Source: a virus (Duplodnaviria; Caudoviricetes). Taken from it: a stretch of DNA of 28,959 nucleotides. The notes beneath the pieces are model-generated. The model was not told the origin of the DNA. It did no database searches and was given only the letters and a program-made list of their open reading frames with translations. Position numbers and translations under genes: made by a program. This document shows positions 1-8,219 of this stretch, piece after piece (position 1 is the stretch's first letter; each line of letters opens with the position of its first letter). The stretch covers positions 1 to 28,959 of IMG/VR virus record IMGVR_UViG_3300011113_000733; one strand, written 5' to 3'.

Positions 1-34
1 TCTTTTTCATAGGAAATAAACAATCTTTTGAAGA

Positions 35-1135
35 TCAACGTTTCGAGTAAAGAATTTTATTTTGAACTTGAATTAGTTGTTTTCTGCGGCGCTCTTGCAT
101 AAGAAGCTCACCATTCTTTGTAGATTCGCTGAGAACTCGACCACGAACATTCTTGCTCTCAGCAAATAAATTCTCTTCTAGTTCATTCTCATATGAACCA
201 CATTCTTCAAGTTCTTCTGTTGGTGCCATAGCCATAGGAGTAACGTTTCCGGCTGATACTCCGCCAGCATCAACCGTTCCGGTAGGAACAGCAGCTTCTT
301 CCATTGCTGGATCTGTCATTCCATCTCGTTCTCTTCCAGCAACTCCTTCATCCGATTCATCTTCATGTTTATCAGGAGTTTGATAATAACCTTCCGGGGC
401 ATATGCATCCTCTTTTGCCAAACCAAAAGCTTCATCAAGTTCTTCTTCTAAAGTTTTCATTTCTGCAACTGGAGCTGGTGCTGGTGTAACTCCTGTGGCT
501 GGTGCAGAAGCTGTTTGTCCCGCTGCTGGGGCTGCTGGAGCAGTGTCTACTGATGCTGGAGCGGCTGCTGGTGGAGCGGCAGCGGAAGTTGATACAGGAG
601 CAGGAGCTTGTGGTGCGCCTGCGGCGGGAGCAGCAGCAGCACCTGTTGGTGTAGTTCCAGTAGCACCATCTGGTGTCGCAGCTTCTTTAGCTAATTCTTC
701 AAGAACCAAAGCTCTAATGGTTTCAACAATGTTATTTTCTTTTACCATTCTTTTTGATGGCTTTGTTTCTTCATTTAAAAACTTTAATAATTCATTAACT
801 CTCATGTTATTCTCCGTAGCAATAAATACTTCTTTCGTTGGCTTTGTACTAACCCAATTAGGTTTTTTTCCTTTATTTCCCGCTGCCCTTTTTCTTCTTA
901 CAGCACTTGCCTTTTCTTTTTTGCTCATACCAGCGGCACGAGAGGCTGGAACACACTTAGGATATTTTTTAGATTTACTCTTCTTACGTACACCTTTACC
1001 AGCAGATGCACCACAGGCAGGATGTTCTCCGCCTTTCTTTTTACGACTAAGATCAATCCATTTTTCTTTGAACCATTTGCCTAGTCCAGAAGCAGCATAA
1101 ACTTCATATAATATTTCTATATTATTGTCGTTCAT
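35..1135 (-). CDS. Hypothetical protein, probably virion/head-associated: basic N-terminal domain, Ala/Pro linker and acidic C-terminus
   Basis: 366-aa ORF coupled to the upstream gene by an ATGA overlap, with GGAAAG upstream. N-terminal GLGKWFKEKW...CG...KYPKCVP...AVRRKR domain resembles uncharacterised viral proteins (DUF5872-associated, from recall). Many L/I-x-E motifs. Confidence 0.75.
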   Translation of the reverse strand: MNDNNIEILYEVYAASGLGKWFKEKWIDLSRKKKGGEHPACGASAGKGVRKKSKSKKYPKCVPASRAAGMSKKEKASAVRRKRAAGNKGKKPNWVSTKPTKEVFIATENNMRVNELLKFLNEETKPSKRMVKENNIVETIRALVLEELAKEAATPDGATGTTPTGAAAAPAAGAPQAPAPVSTSAAAPPAAAPASVDTAPAAPAAGQTASAPATGVTPAPAPVAEMKTLEEELDEAFGLAKEDAYAPEGYYQTPDKHEDESDEGVAGRERDGMTDPAMEEAAVPTGTVDAGGVSAGNVTPMAMAPTEELEECGSYENELEENLFAESKNVRGRVLSESTKNGELLMQERRRKQLIQVQNKILYSKR

Positions 1136-3564
1136 TTTTTCTTTCCTTTGGTTTTTCTCCAGCCGCCACCTTTTTTCTTATACCATTTCGCAGCCCAGGC
1201 ATTTGCATATGCAGAATTACCGGTAATTGTAATCATACCATCTTGCTTCATTAGCCAAGTAGAATTTTCTGTTTGTGGACACCAAACATCTTGAATTATA
1301 TCTGGTTTTGTAAATACGTTATTTGTTCCTTGAGTATTTCTTCTTGAGAAGGTCCAGTCCGTCATTGTAGAATTATCTTTTTTATTTCTGAACGAAACTC
1401 GATATCCTAAAAGAGCAGCACAAATTTCAACAGCTTCTCCGTGATCTGAATTCTTTTGACTAAATCCATAACGGATTGCTCTTTCATCTGTTCTATCTTC
1501 TGATAATTTTTCATGTCCATCATAAACAATTGCCGCAGCAAAAAATGCTTCACGTTGTTCATTGCTCATTCTTGTAATTTTCTGTACCCAAGATTCACCA
1601 TATTTTGAGAAATTTTCCAGTAATATTGGATCTGAATTATTATCCTTTAATTTAGCTGAAGTTATAATCTTCATTTTTTTATTAATATCTTTTGCTTCTA
1701 CTAGATGATCTTCTTTCCAATAGCGATATCCTCTTTTGTCTTCACTTATATCTGCCCAAGTTTTCTTTAATACCCATTTATGATTTGGGGTACAAACAAA
1801 ATTAAAATTAGTTTGCGGAGTATAAATGTTTATGGTTTCAGCATCCTTGTAGAAATGTAAATGCTGTATCGTCTTCCATTCTAAACAATTTTCTGATATG
1901 TTATAAGTACAAATAACATCTCCAATAGAGAGTTCATTATATGTTTTCCAACCATCTTTAGTTAGAGCTTTAGAACTTAGAGGAACACATGGATAAACAT
2001 CGAATTTAGCTCTTGCGGCAGCTTTGGCTCGGCTCCATAAAGCTTTATTGGTTGGAACATTTTTTTCTAAAAGAAGTTCTATATTAACAACCTCATCTAG
2101 AGAAATAGATTCAGCTAAGTTACCAGCAGCATCTTTAGCAAATGGATCACGTTTCTTTTGCTTTCTCCATTTGCCACCCATACTTCTATAAATTTCTTCT
2201 GCACGAGCTACAGCTCTAACACTTGGCCAATTCATCATTCGCTTATCTGTTTTTAAATCAAATTCTTGTTTAGCCATTTTTTTGGCTCTTGCCCAAGTTT
2301 TTGGTTTTGTTGGTCTTACGTGTTTTTTAAATTTTTCTTTTCTTTCTTCTTTTGAATTAATGCAAAACTTAGCTTCTTCGAGAGCTTCTTCTAATTGAAC
2401 AATTTCAACATTACCTAGAATTCCTGGATCATCTGGATCTGGTTTATGTAGATCAGCCTGCACTTTTTCTTGACTTTCTTCAAAAGCTCTGGCACCACCT
2501 AAACCAGTTTCTGCTGGAGATGGTAAAACTATTTCAGCCACAATTGCATCAATCATTTCACGAAGAGCTGTGGTAGATCTTTTCCTCTTTGGCCTTAATT
2601 TCTTTTCTGCTGGCGATAATTTTGGTGTTTCTAAAATATTTTCTTGTTCCATAAGTTCTTCGTCCAAAACTTCTTTTTCTTCATTATAAGTATTTTCTTC
2701 AGGCATCATTGTCGGATTTTGATGTAATTGCAAACGACGACTTCCCATGATGTCTTGGGTAGCCATACTGTATTGATCAATTTGTCTCATTCGCACTTCC
2801 CAGTCATCTGGGACATATTTTCTTGGCCAACCAATTGCACCCATTCCTCCCAGTGGACTAATAGGTTCATCAAGATATGCTTTTTCTTCTGGGGATACAT
2901 AAAGTGCAGGACGAGCTAGAGAATTAACTTGAAAGTTACTTGCACCACGAACCATTGGTCCAGAACCTGGTGTTAATATTTCTTGTAGTTCTTTTTCTAT
3001 TCCCATGTCTTTTTGAGTTTTAATAACTACCTCTACTTCTTCTGGAGTTAGATCATCCCAGTTTTGCGTTTCTATAGAATCAATTGGAGCAAAATCTAAT
3101 GTTGGTCCTAAAAATTCTAAAGGTTGTCCAGATAATGGATCTAAATTAATTTTACCATCAGGATCTGGTACATGATCAACTTGCATAACAAGAGCATTTG
3201 GCTGTGGAGGATATCCTTGTAAATCTCTATATAAACCATCAGAAGGTTCTCTCTCCAGGAGAAGTTCTTCTTCTAACGTCTTTTCATCTTCCTCTTTAAT
3301 TGCAGCGGGAGCTGGTATTCTTGGATTTAAATCCAAAGGTTCCAATGGAGGAAGTCTGCGATATTTTTTCATTACCCATGATAATCTAGCTATATCTAAT
3401 GGATTATCTTCATTTTCTTGATTTGCAATTGCTTGGGTGGCTGGATTTATTACATATAATTGTCGAACTCCACCAAATCCATATGGACCCCCACGAAAAG
3501 AGGGATCTCCCATTGGATCTCCGGCATTTTCTAACAAATCTTTTAATTTCGGAGTTTTACTCAT
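1132..3564 (-). CDS. Intein-containing hypothetical protein with two copies of a small basic (DUF5872-like) module
   Basis: 810-aa ORF. Modules RPTKPKTWARAK...WPSVRA...GGKWRK and VPTNKALWSRAK...YP/SAYANAW...GGGWRK, the second interrupted by an intein. ATAATTA upstream. Confidence 0.8.
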   Translation of the reverse strand: MSKTPKLKDLLENAGDPMGDPSFRGGPYGFGGVRQLYVINPATQAIANQENEDNPLDIARLSWVMKKYRRLPPLEPLDLNPRIPAPAAIKEEDEKTLEEELLLEREPSDGLYRDLQGYPPQPNALVMQVDHVPDPDGKINLDPLSGQPLEFLGPTLDFAPIDSIETQNWDDLTPEEVEVVIKTQKDMGIEKELQEILTPGSGPMVRGASNFQVNSLARPALYVSPEEKAYLDEPISPLGGMGAIGWPRKYVPDDWEVRMRQIDQYSMATQDIMGSRRLQLHQNPTMMPEENTYNEEKEVLDEELMEQENILETPKLSPAEKKLRPKRKRSTTALREMIDAIVAEIVLPSPAETGLGGARAFEESQEKVQADLHKPDPDDPGILGNVEIVQLEEALEEAKFCINSKEERKEKFKKHVRPTKPKTWARAKKMAKQEFDLKTDKRMMNWPSVRAVARAEEIYRSMGGKWRKQKKRDPFAKDAAGNLAESISLDEVVNIELLLEKNVPTNKALWSRAKAAARAKFDVYPCVPLSSKALTKDGWKTYNELSIGDVICTYNISENCLEWKTIQHLHFYKDAETINIYTPQTNFNFVCTPNHKWVLKKTWADISEDKRGYRYWKEDHLVEAKDINKKMKIITSAKLKDNNSDPILLENFSKYGESWVQKITRMSNEQREAFFAAAIVYDGHEKLSEDRTDERAIRYGFSQKNSDHGEAVEICAALLGYRVSFRNKKDNSTMTDWTFSRRNTQGTNNVFTKPDIIQDVWCPQTENSTWLMKQDGMITITGNSAYANAWAAKWYKKKGGGWRKTKGKKK
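1216..1989 (-). mobile_element. Intein (258 aa, residues 526-783) with a probably degenerate LAGLIDADG-type endonuclease region
   Basis: Begins CVPLSSKALTKDGWK (block A); FVCTPNHKW (block B, TxxH); ends DVWCPQTENSTW...ITGN followed by Ser+1. Central REAFFAAAIVYDGH resembles a LAGLIDADG helix. Confidence 0.9.
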
Positions 3565-3576
3565 GTGATACCATTT

Positions 3577-3583
3577 TAATTAT
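3577..3583 (-). promoter_or_regulatory. Candidate late promoter motif ATAATTA
   Basis: 12 nt upstream of the 810-aa ORF start; the same motif precedes the head genes. Confidence 0.5.
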
Positions 3584-3604
3584 GTTTTCCAAATTAACAT
3601 ATCG

Positions 3605-3633
3605 TTTATTTAAAATTTTTCATTCGGTATCAT
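3605..3633 (+). promoter_or_regulatory. Sigma70-like promoter, probably leaderless
   Basis: TTTATT-17nt-TATCAT, then 6 nt to ATG 3640; no SD. Confidence 0.5.
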
Positions 3634-3639
3634 ATAAGA

Positions 3640-4209
3640 ATGAAATACTTCTGTTTCGATACTGAACTTGGTGGTCTTAAGAAAGAATATTCTCTTTTAA
3701 CATTATATGGTCAAATCTTAAATGAAGATCTAAATATTTTAGATGAGATTGATCTGAAGATCAAGCCAGACGACGGCATATATAAGGTCAGCGCCGAAGC
3801 TTTAAAGATTAATGGAATTAATTTGGTAGAACATGATAAAAATTCTATCCCTCTATCAGAAGCTTCAGAAAAGTTTAAAAACTTTATTTGTCGTCATTCT
3901 ATGAATCTAAATCAGAAGATTATTCCAATGGGACATAATATTTCTTTGGATATTAAATTTGCTAAGAATTATTTAATGAACTCAACAGAATGGGAAAAAC
4001 ATTTCTCTTATAGAAAAGTGGATTCACATTCAGTTGCAATGTTTTTAGGAATATCTGGCTTTTTACCAAAGTATAATTCATACTCATTGAAAGTTCTAGC
4101 AGAGCATTTCAAGTTAGATACAAATGGAATGCATGACGCTAGAAAAGATGTAGAGATAACTACCAAGTTACTTAAATTAATGTCAAATACACTTAAGGAG
4201 ACAAAATGA
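3640..4209 (+). CDS. DEDDh (DnaQ-like) 3'-5' exonuclease
   Basis: ExoI CFDTELGGL, ExoII GHNISLD, ExoIII HDARKDV. Confidence 0.9.
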   Translation: MKYFCFDTELGGLKKEYSLLTLYGQILNEDLNILDEIDLKIKPDDGIYKVSAEALKINGINLVEHDKNSIPLSEASEKFKNFICRHSMNLNQKIIPMGHNISLDIKFAKNYLMNSTEWEKHFSYRKVDSHSVAMFLGISGFLPKYNSYSLKVLAEHFKLDTNGMHDARKDVEITTKLLKLMSNTLKETK

Positions 4210-4841
4210 AGTATAATGTAAACATTGATTCTCGTGTTAAAATTCAAGAACCAGAAAAGTTTTGGGATTTTCCTGTTGCTCTAACTTTTTCTGGTGAATT
4301 CAGCGAGGAAAATTGTAGGAAGTTTATTGAAGAATTCAAAGCTGCTGAAGATCATGCTATGAAGTCAAAGCAGGGAGTTCTTCCTGTGGTAATTGACAGT
4401 TATGGTGGTGATGTATATGCTCTATTGGGAGTTGTAGACATTATTAAGACATGTCAGATTCCTGTTGCAACAATTGTTGAAGGCAAAGCCATGTCCTGTG
4501 GAGCTGTTTTGTTTTCATGCGGTTCTGAAGGATATCGTTTTGTAGGCGAACATGCCACTGTAATGCTTCATGAAGTCTCCTCTGTTTCTTGGGGTAAGAA
4601 TGAAGATATTAAGGCAAACGCAAAGGAAACGGATCGTTTGAATTCCAAGCTTTTTAAGCTAATGGCTCGAAATGTAGGAAAGCCAGAACATTATTTCATC
4701 GATCTACTACATCAGAATAAGAATATTGATCTGTTTTTTGATTCTGATGATTGTGTTAAGCATAACCTTGCAAATAAGGTTGGTATTCCAACTTTCAATA
4801 TTTCAGTTCAGATGAATATTGAATTTCGTCCAAAAGGTTGA
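4206..4841 (+). CDS. clpP: ClpP-family serine protease proteolytic subunit
   Basis: IDSYGGDVY, GKAMSCGAVL (catalytic Ser), VMLHEVS (His); AAGGAG SD and ATGA overlap. Confidence 0.9.
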   Translation: MKYNVNIDSRVKIQEPEKFWDFPVALTFSGEFSEENCRKFIEEFKAAEDHAMKSKQGVLPVVIDSYGGDVYALLGVVDIIKTCQIPVATIVEGKAMSCGAVLFSCGSEGYRFVGEHATVMLHEVSSVSWGKNEDIKANAKETDRLNSKLFKLMARNVGKPEHYFIDLLHQNKNIDLFFDSDDCVKHNLANKVGIPTFNISVQMNIEFRPKG

Positions 4842-4866
4842 CAACTGTTAGCCAGTAGAGTATACT
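4838..4866 (+). promoter_or_regulatory. Near-consensus sigma70 promoter, leaderless
   Basis: TTGACA (4838-4843), 17 nt, TATACT (4861-4866), 6 nt to ATG 4873; inverted repeat GCCAGTA/TACTGGC overlaps the -10. Confidence 0.8.
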
Positions 4867-4872
4867 GGCATT

Positions 4873-5034
4873 ATGAAGAACAACAAGTGGACAATTATCT
4901 ACAAGATTGACAGTCTAAAGCAACACCAGTCTGTCTGGGCTACTTGCAAGACGGAAGCAATTAACAAGGTTAGGAATAGAGAAAAGCATCTAGTTGAAAT
5001 TCTAGATGCTTTTATTCAACGCCAAACAAGTTGA
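4873..5034 (+). CDS. Small hypothetical protein (53 aa) absent from the ORF track
   Basis: MKNNKWTIIYKIDSLKQHQSVWATCKTEAINKVRNREKHLVEILDAFIQRQTS, read by hand; fills the gap and starts at the predicted +1 of a consensus promoter. Confidence 0.7.
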   Translation: MKNNKWTIIYKIDSLKQHQSVWATCKTEAINKVRNREKHLVEILDAFIQRQTS

Positions 5035-5097
5035 ATTGCTTCCGTTTTTGTTTTAGATTGTTTGTATATTCTTAATATTTAACATCAAGGAGATAAA

Positions 5098-5388
5098 ATG
5101 CTAAAGGGACTTTGGGATAGTTTAAGTGGACCTGCAAAGATGATTCTTGGACTTTCAGCAGCAGAAGCTGCTCTTGCAGCCTTGTCTACAAATAATCAAA
5201 ACAATATCAAGTCTCCGCCGCCTCCTGTAGATCCTCGTAAGGAAAGATTGCGTAATTCTGTTTATTACAGCGATCCAATGACAGCTTTCCATAATCTAAC
5301 TTTGGAAAATCAGCAAAAAGTTCTCGCTTGGGCTAAAGAACATAATCTAACTATCGAGGAAGTTATAAGAAAAGTTATTGATCGATAA
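5098..5388 (+). CDS. Hypothetical protein with an N-terminal hydrophobic segment and Pro-rich linker
   Basis: 96 aa; strong AAGGAG SD; ATATTTA at 5075-5081. Confidence 0.75.
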   Translation: MLKGLWDSLSGPAKMILGLSAAEAALAALSTNNQNNIKSPPPPVDPRKERLRNSVYYSDPMTAFHNLTLENQQKVLAWAKEHNLTIEEVIRKVIDR

Positions 5389-5442
5389 TGGAAACTCCAT
5401 CAAAAGAAGAATTAAAATGGCCATGGGGTCTAGTTTTAATAA

Positions 5443-5471
5443 TTTACTTATGTTTAATTGCTCTATATAAT
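5443..5471 (+). promoter_or_regulatory. Sigma70-like promoter, leaderless or near-leaderless
   Basis: TTTACT-17nt-TATAAT, 8 nt before ATG 5480; no SD. Confidence 0.6.
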
Positions 5472-5479
5472 CATTGTTG

Positions 5480-5797
5480 ATGAAAGAGCATATTATTACA
5501 ATAAATTGGAACCCTATAGCTGGAAAATTATATCGGGTTGTAAACAAATCGGGTCATCTAGTCAACACGGAACCAAAAGCAGTTTACTCTTATCAAAGAA
5601 GACTTTACAAAACAGATGATCGTAGATTATATCTGAATGAAGCTGATATCTTTATGTCTTTAGGTGAAAAACAGAGAATCCCGGAACACTATTCTTTTTT
5701 TAAAATTTTACATAAAGATTTGGTTTGTTGGCTTCTTATGCCGGAAAGACTTTACGAAGAAAATCACAGAATCCTCAATCCAATTCCTTTGATTTAA
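5480..5797 (+). CDS. Hypothetical protein
   Basis: ORF track 5474-5797 (TTG start); ATG 5480 preferred from promoter position. Confidence 0.6.
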   Translation: MKEHIITINWNPIAGKLYRVVNKSGHLVNTEPKAVYSYQRRLYKTDDRRLYLNEADIFMSLGEKQRIPEHYSFFKILHKDLVCWLLMPERLYEENHRILNPIPLI

Positions 5798-5831
5798 TTT
5801 ATAATGTATTCATTAGTTTGAAGGAATTATT

Positions 5832-6140
5832 ATGAGTGAAGAAACAAAAGAAACTACTACATCTACTACAGAACGTAAAACTTTCAAGTTAAGCGATGAT
5901 ATTATTGCTCTCGTTAGAGATCTTCTTCAGTTATCATTGCTTACCAATAGCAATATTATCGATCATCTCAGAGCAGTAGTTGTTGAAGCTGAAACTGCTA
6001 GACCACAATATCTAACACTTACGCCTGAATATGTAGAAGCTTACAATGCTCACATCGAGAAGCTTAATCAAGAAGCTCAGGCTGCTGTACAAGCTGCTCA
6101 AGCTCGTCTAGCTGACGATGACGCCGAACAGCCTTCCTGA
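5832..6140 (+). CDS. Hypothetical protein
   Basis: 102 aa; AAGGA SD; followed by a terminator. Confidence 0.8.
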   Translation: MSEETKETTTSTTERKTFKLSDDIIALVRDLLQLSLLTNSNIIDHLRAVVVEAETARPQYLTLTPEYVEAYNAHIEKLNQEAQAAVQAAQARLADDDAEQPS

Positions 6141-6168
6141 ATATTCTATATTCTTTTTAGATACATCT

Positions 6169-6200
6169 AAGGCGCTCTTTATTAGAGCGCCTTTTTTATT
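6169..6200 (+). terminator. Intrinsic terminator
   Basis: AAGGCGCTCT-ttatt-AGAGCGCCTT followed by a T-tract. Confidence 0.85.
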
Positions 6201-6213
6201 TCTTAAAATAAGA

Positions 6214-6256
6214 TAAAAAAGAAAACACCGCTAAGAAATTTAAATCTTAGCGGCGC
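6214..6256 (-). terminator. Intrinsic terminator of the recA-dut unit
   Basis: CCGCTAAGA/TCTTAGCGG stem; U-tract on the minus strand. Confidence 0.8.
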
Positions 6257-6282
6257 TTAACTTTTATAGCTTTATTAGTTTT

Positions 6283-6855
6283 TCACTTGCCAGAACTTCC
6301 AAATCCGGCAGCTCCACGATTGGTTTCAGTTACCTTATTACTTTCAGTCATTACTACCTCTCCAGCAGTAGATACCTTATACACAACTAACTGTGCAATA
6401 CGATCTCCTACGCTGAATACGGCATCTTCTGAACCCATGTTAACAAGTGTAACTCCTATCTCACCACGATAGTTTGGATCTATAATGCCACCAACAGGAA
6501 ATACTCCCTTACTGGCTAATCCACTACGTCCCTCTATCTTCATAAAGATACGATTTCGATCATTGTCCATTATTGGCATATCTGCTAATTGAATGCCGGT
6601 TGACATTTTCTTTACCTTACCGGCTGGCACAGTGACGTTCTCTGAACAATAAACATCAAATCCGATATCCCCATCTCTTACGGCATGAGGAATCTTCGCA
6701 TTTTCATTCATGCACCTAAACTTAATATTAATAATTCTTGGTGCTTTTGGAATTTGTGGATCAAACCAGTTTCTATCCATTGTTTTATAATCATTCTTTG
6801 CAACTGGCTCTTCTGTTGCAATTCTTATTGCTTCATTTGGATTGTGTGTATTCAT
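6283..6855 (-). CDS. dut: Trimeric dUTPase
   Basis: Motifs GDIGFDV, GRSGLA, GIIDPNYRGEIGV, DRIAQL, RGAAGFGSSG. Start moved from 6909 to ATG 6855 (GAGGA SD, no overlap with recA). Confidence 0.95.
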   Translation of the reverse strand: MNTHNPNEAIRIATEEPVAKNDYKTMDRNWFDPQIPKAPRIINIKFRCMNENAKIPHAVRDGDIGFDVYCSENVTVPAGKVKKMSTGIQLADMPIMDNDRNRIFMKIEGRSGLASKGVFPVGGIIDPNYRGEIGVTLVNMGSEDAVFSVGDRIAQLVVYKVSTAGEVVMTESNKVTETNRGAAGFGSSGK

Positions 6856-6871
6856 TTCTTCCTCTTGTTTT

Positions 6872-8086
6872 TCAAGCATTAATTTGTTGTTCCGCAGCCA
6901 TTTCTCCATCAGTTAATCCTTCATATGTGGAATGTTCTTCTAGATTTTCTTCGGAACTCAATATTAGAGCCGCATCCATTAGCGCATTAACATATTGTGA
7001 ATATTCTGGTTTGTTGAAAACTTTCTGCATAAATTCTTGTTTATAAAATTTGATCTCTGTTTCTACTTCGCCAGTTTTATTATTCATAACGGTAAAGGTC
7101 TTCCAAGCTGCATCACCGGCAAGATTTACAGTTTTTCCATTTACTTCTACCCCACGTTTTGAATTCTTACAATATTCTCGAAGAAGATCAAAGATCTCAT
7201 CGTTCTCATAGATTCCTTTACCAAACATAATCTGGAAACCAACCTTACGGAATGGTTTGGCAACCTTGTTCTTAATAGTTCTAGCAGTTACATTAATGCC
7301 AATGGTATTTTCTTCTTTATCTTTGATTGGTGAACCACCATCAAGACGGATACGAACCGATGAAGAATATGGTATTGCCATGCCACCAGATGTTGTAGTT
7401 GGATCACCGAACATTACGCCGATCTTCTGTCTCTGTTGGCTTACAAGAACCAATAGAACCTTCTGACCACCGATAACGTTAGCAATCTTTCTCATGCCCT
7501 TGGATAGAACACGGGCTTGTAGACCGATTGTGTTCTGATCATAGTCGCCTTCCAATTCAGCCTTTGGGGATGATTGAGAGACGCTATCCCAAATGACAGT
7601 AACAGGAACGTCTTTGGTCATAGTGCGGGCTTTAAGAATTGTGCTTTCGATAATTGAAAGGATCTCTTCGGTGCATGGAGTTTGTACGAAAACAAATCTT
7701 TTTGCTACGTCAATTCCCATATTAGAAAGAGTGTCTGGGTTTGTTGCATTCTCAGTGTCGATGAATACAACTATTCCACCTACTCTCTGGGTGGAACGTG
7801 CTATTTGAGCCATTAGAGTTGATTTACCGATACCTGGTGGACCTTGTATTTCAACAATACGTCCTTCCGGCATTCCTCCATCTCTACGATTAGCTATAAT
7901 ATAATCTAATTGACGAGAGCCAGTAGAAATCCATCTACTGACATGGGTTGGAGCATCATCGCTTCCCAAATTGAAAGCGATCTTTTCGTTATGAGTTTTA
8001 TTAATTTCTTTTATTAACTCACTAGCGAAATCTTCTGTAACTGAATTCTCTACATTGTCTTTACTATTTTTTGCTGGTCTTGCCAT
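6872..8086 (-). CDS. recA: RecA/UvsX-family recombinase
   Basis: ISTGSRQLD, Walker A GPPGIGKS, FIDTEN, Walker B VIWDSV, GLQARVLS, TTSGG; GAGGT SD. Confidence 0.95.
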   Translation of the reverse strand: MARPAKNSKDNVENSVTEDFASELIKEINKTHNEKIAFNLGSDDAPTHVSRWISTGSRQLDYIIANRRDGGMPEGRIVEIQGPPGIGKSTLMAQIARSTQRVGGIVVFIDTENATNPDTLSNMGIDVAKRFVFVQTPCTEEILSIIESTILKARTMTKDVPVTVIWDSVSQSSPKAELEGDYDQNTIGLQARVLSKGMRKIANVIGGQKVLLVLVSQQRQKIGVMFGDPTTTSGGMAIPYSSSVRIRLDGGSPIKDKEENTIGINVTARTIKNKVAKPFRKVGFQIMFGKGIYENDEIFDLLREYCKNSKRGVEVNGKTVNLAGDAAWKTFTVMNNKTGEVETEIKFYKQEFMQKVFNKPEYSQYVNALMDAALILSSEENLEEHSTYEGLTDGEMAAEQQINA

Positions 8087-8144
8087 ATAAACCTCTACTT
8101 AGATTAATCTTAACTGATAAAAATATGAAATTATACTGTGGATA

Positions 8145-8179
8145 ATAAAAAGACCATGTGAAATTAATCACATGGTCTT
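8145..8179 (-). terminator. Intrinsic terminator after the SSB gene
   Basis: 12-bp stem AAGACCATGTGA/TCACATGGTCTT with a U-tract on the minus strand. Confidence 0.8.
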
Positions 8180-8219
8180 CGTGCCTAAAAGTTGGGGAGG
8201 AAATAAGGATTTTTAGGCA

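Noticed and set aside
1-10. Possible start (ATG AAA AAG) of a further minus-strand gene at the window edge
   Set aside because: Only 10 nt are visible, so it cannot be supported.
153-1100. Long plus-strand ORFs antisense to real genes (e.g. 495-1100; also 13198-13563, 14455-16503, 27894-28320)
   Set aside because: They shadow well-supported genes, reflect codon bias or low complexity, and have no SD or recognisable motifs.
4851-4869. Hairpin as an N4-type virion RNA polymerase promoter
   Set aside because: Single instance, embedded in a canonical sigma70 promoter, with no virion RNAP evidence.
5389-5479. tRNA or structured ncRNA in the intergenic gaps (also 17491-17643, 22366-22468)
   Set aside because: No cloverleaf, T-loop or extended pairing beyond the terminators listed.
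6283-6909. Uracil- or otherwise modified-DNA system from dUTPase plus HD hydrolase
   Set aside because: An intact dUTPase argues against U-DNA, and no PurZ or other base-modification enzyme is in the window. The ORF-track start at 6909 was also rejected in favour of 6855.
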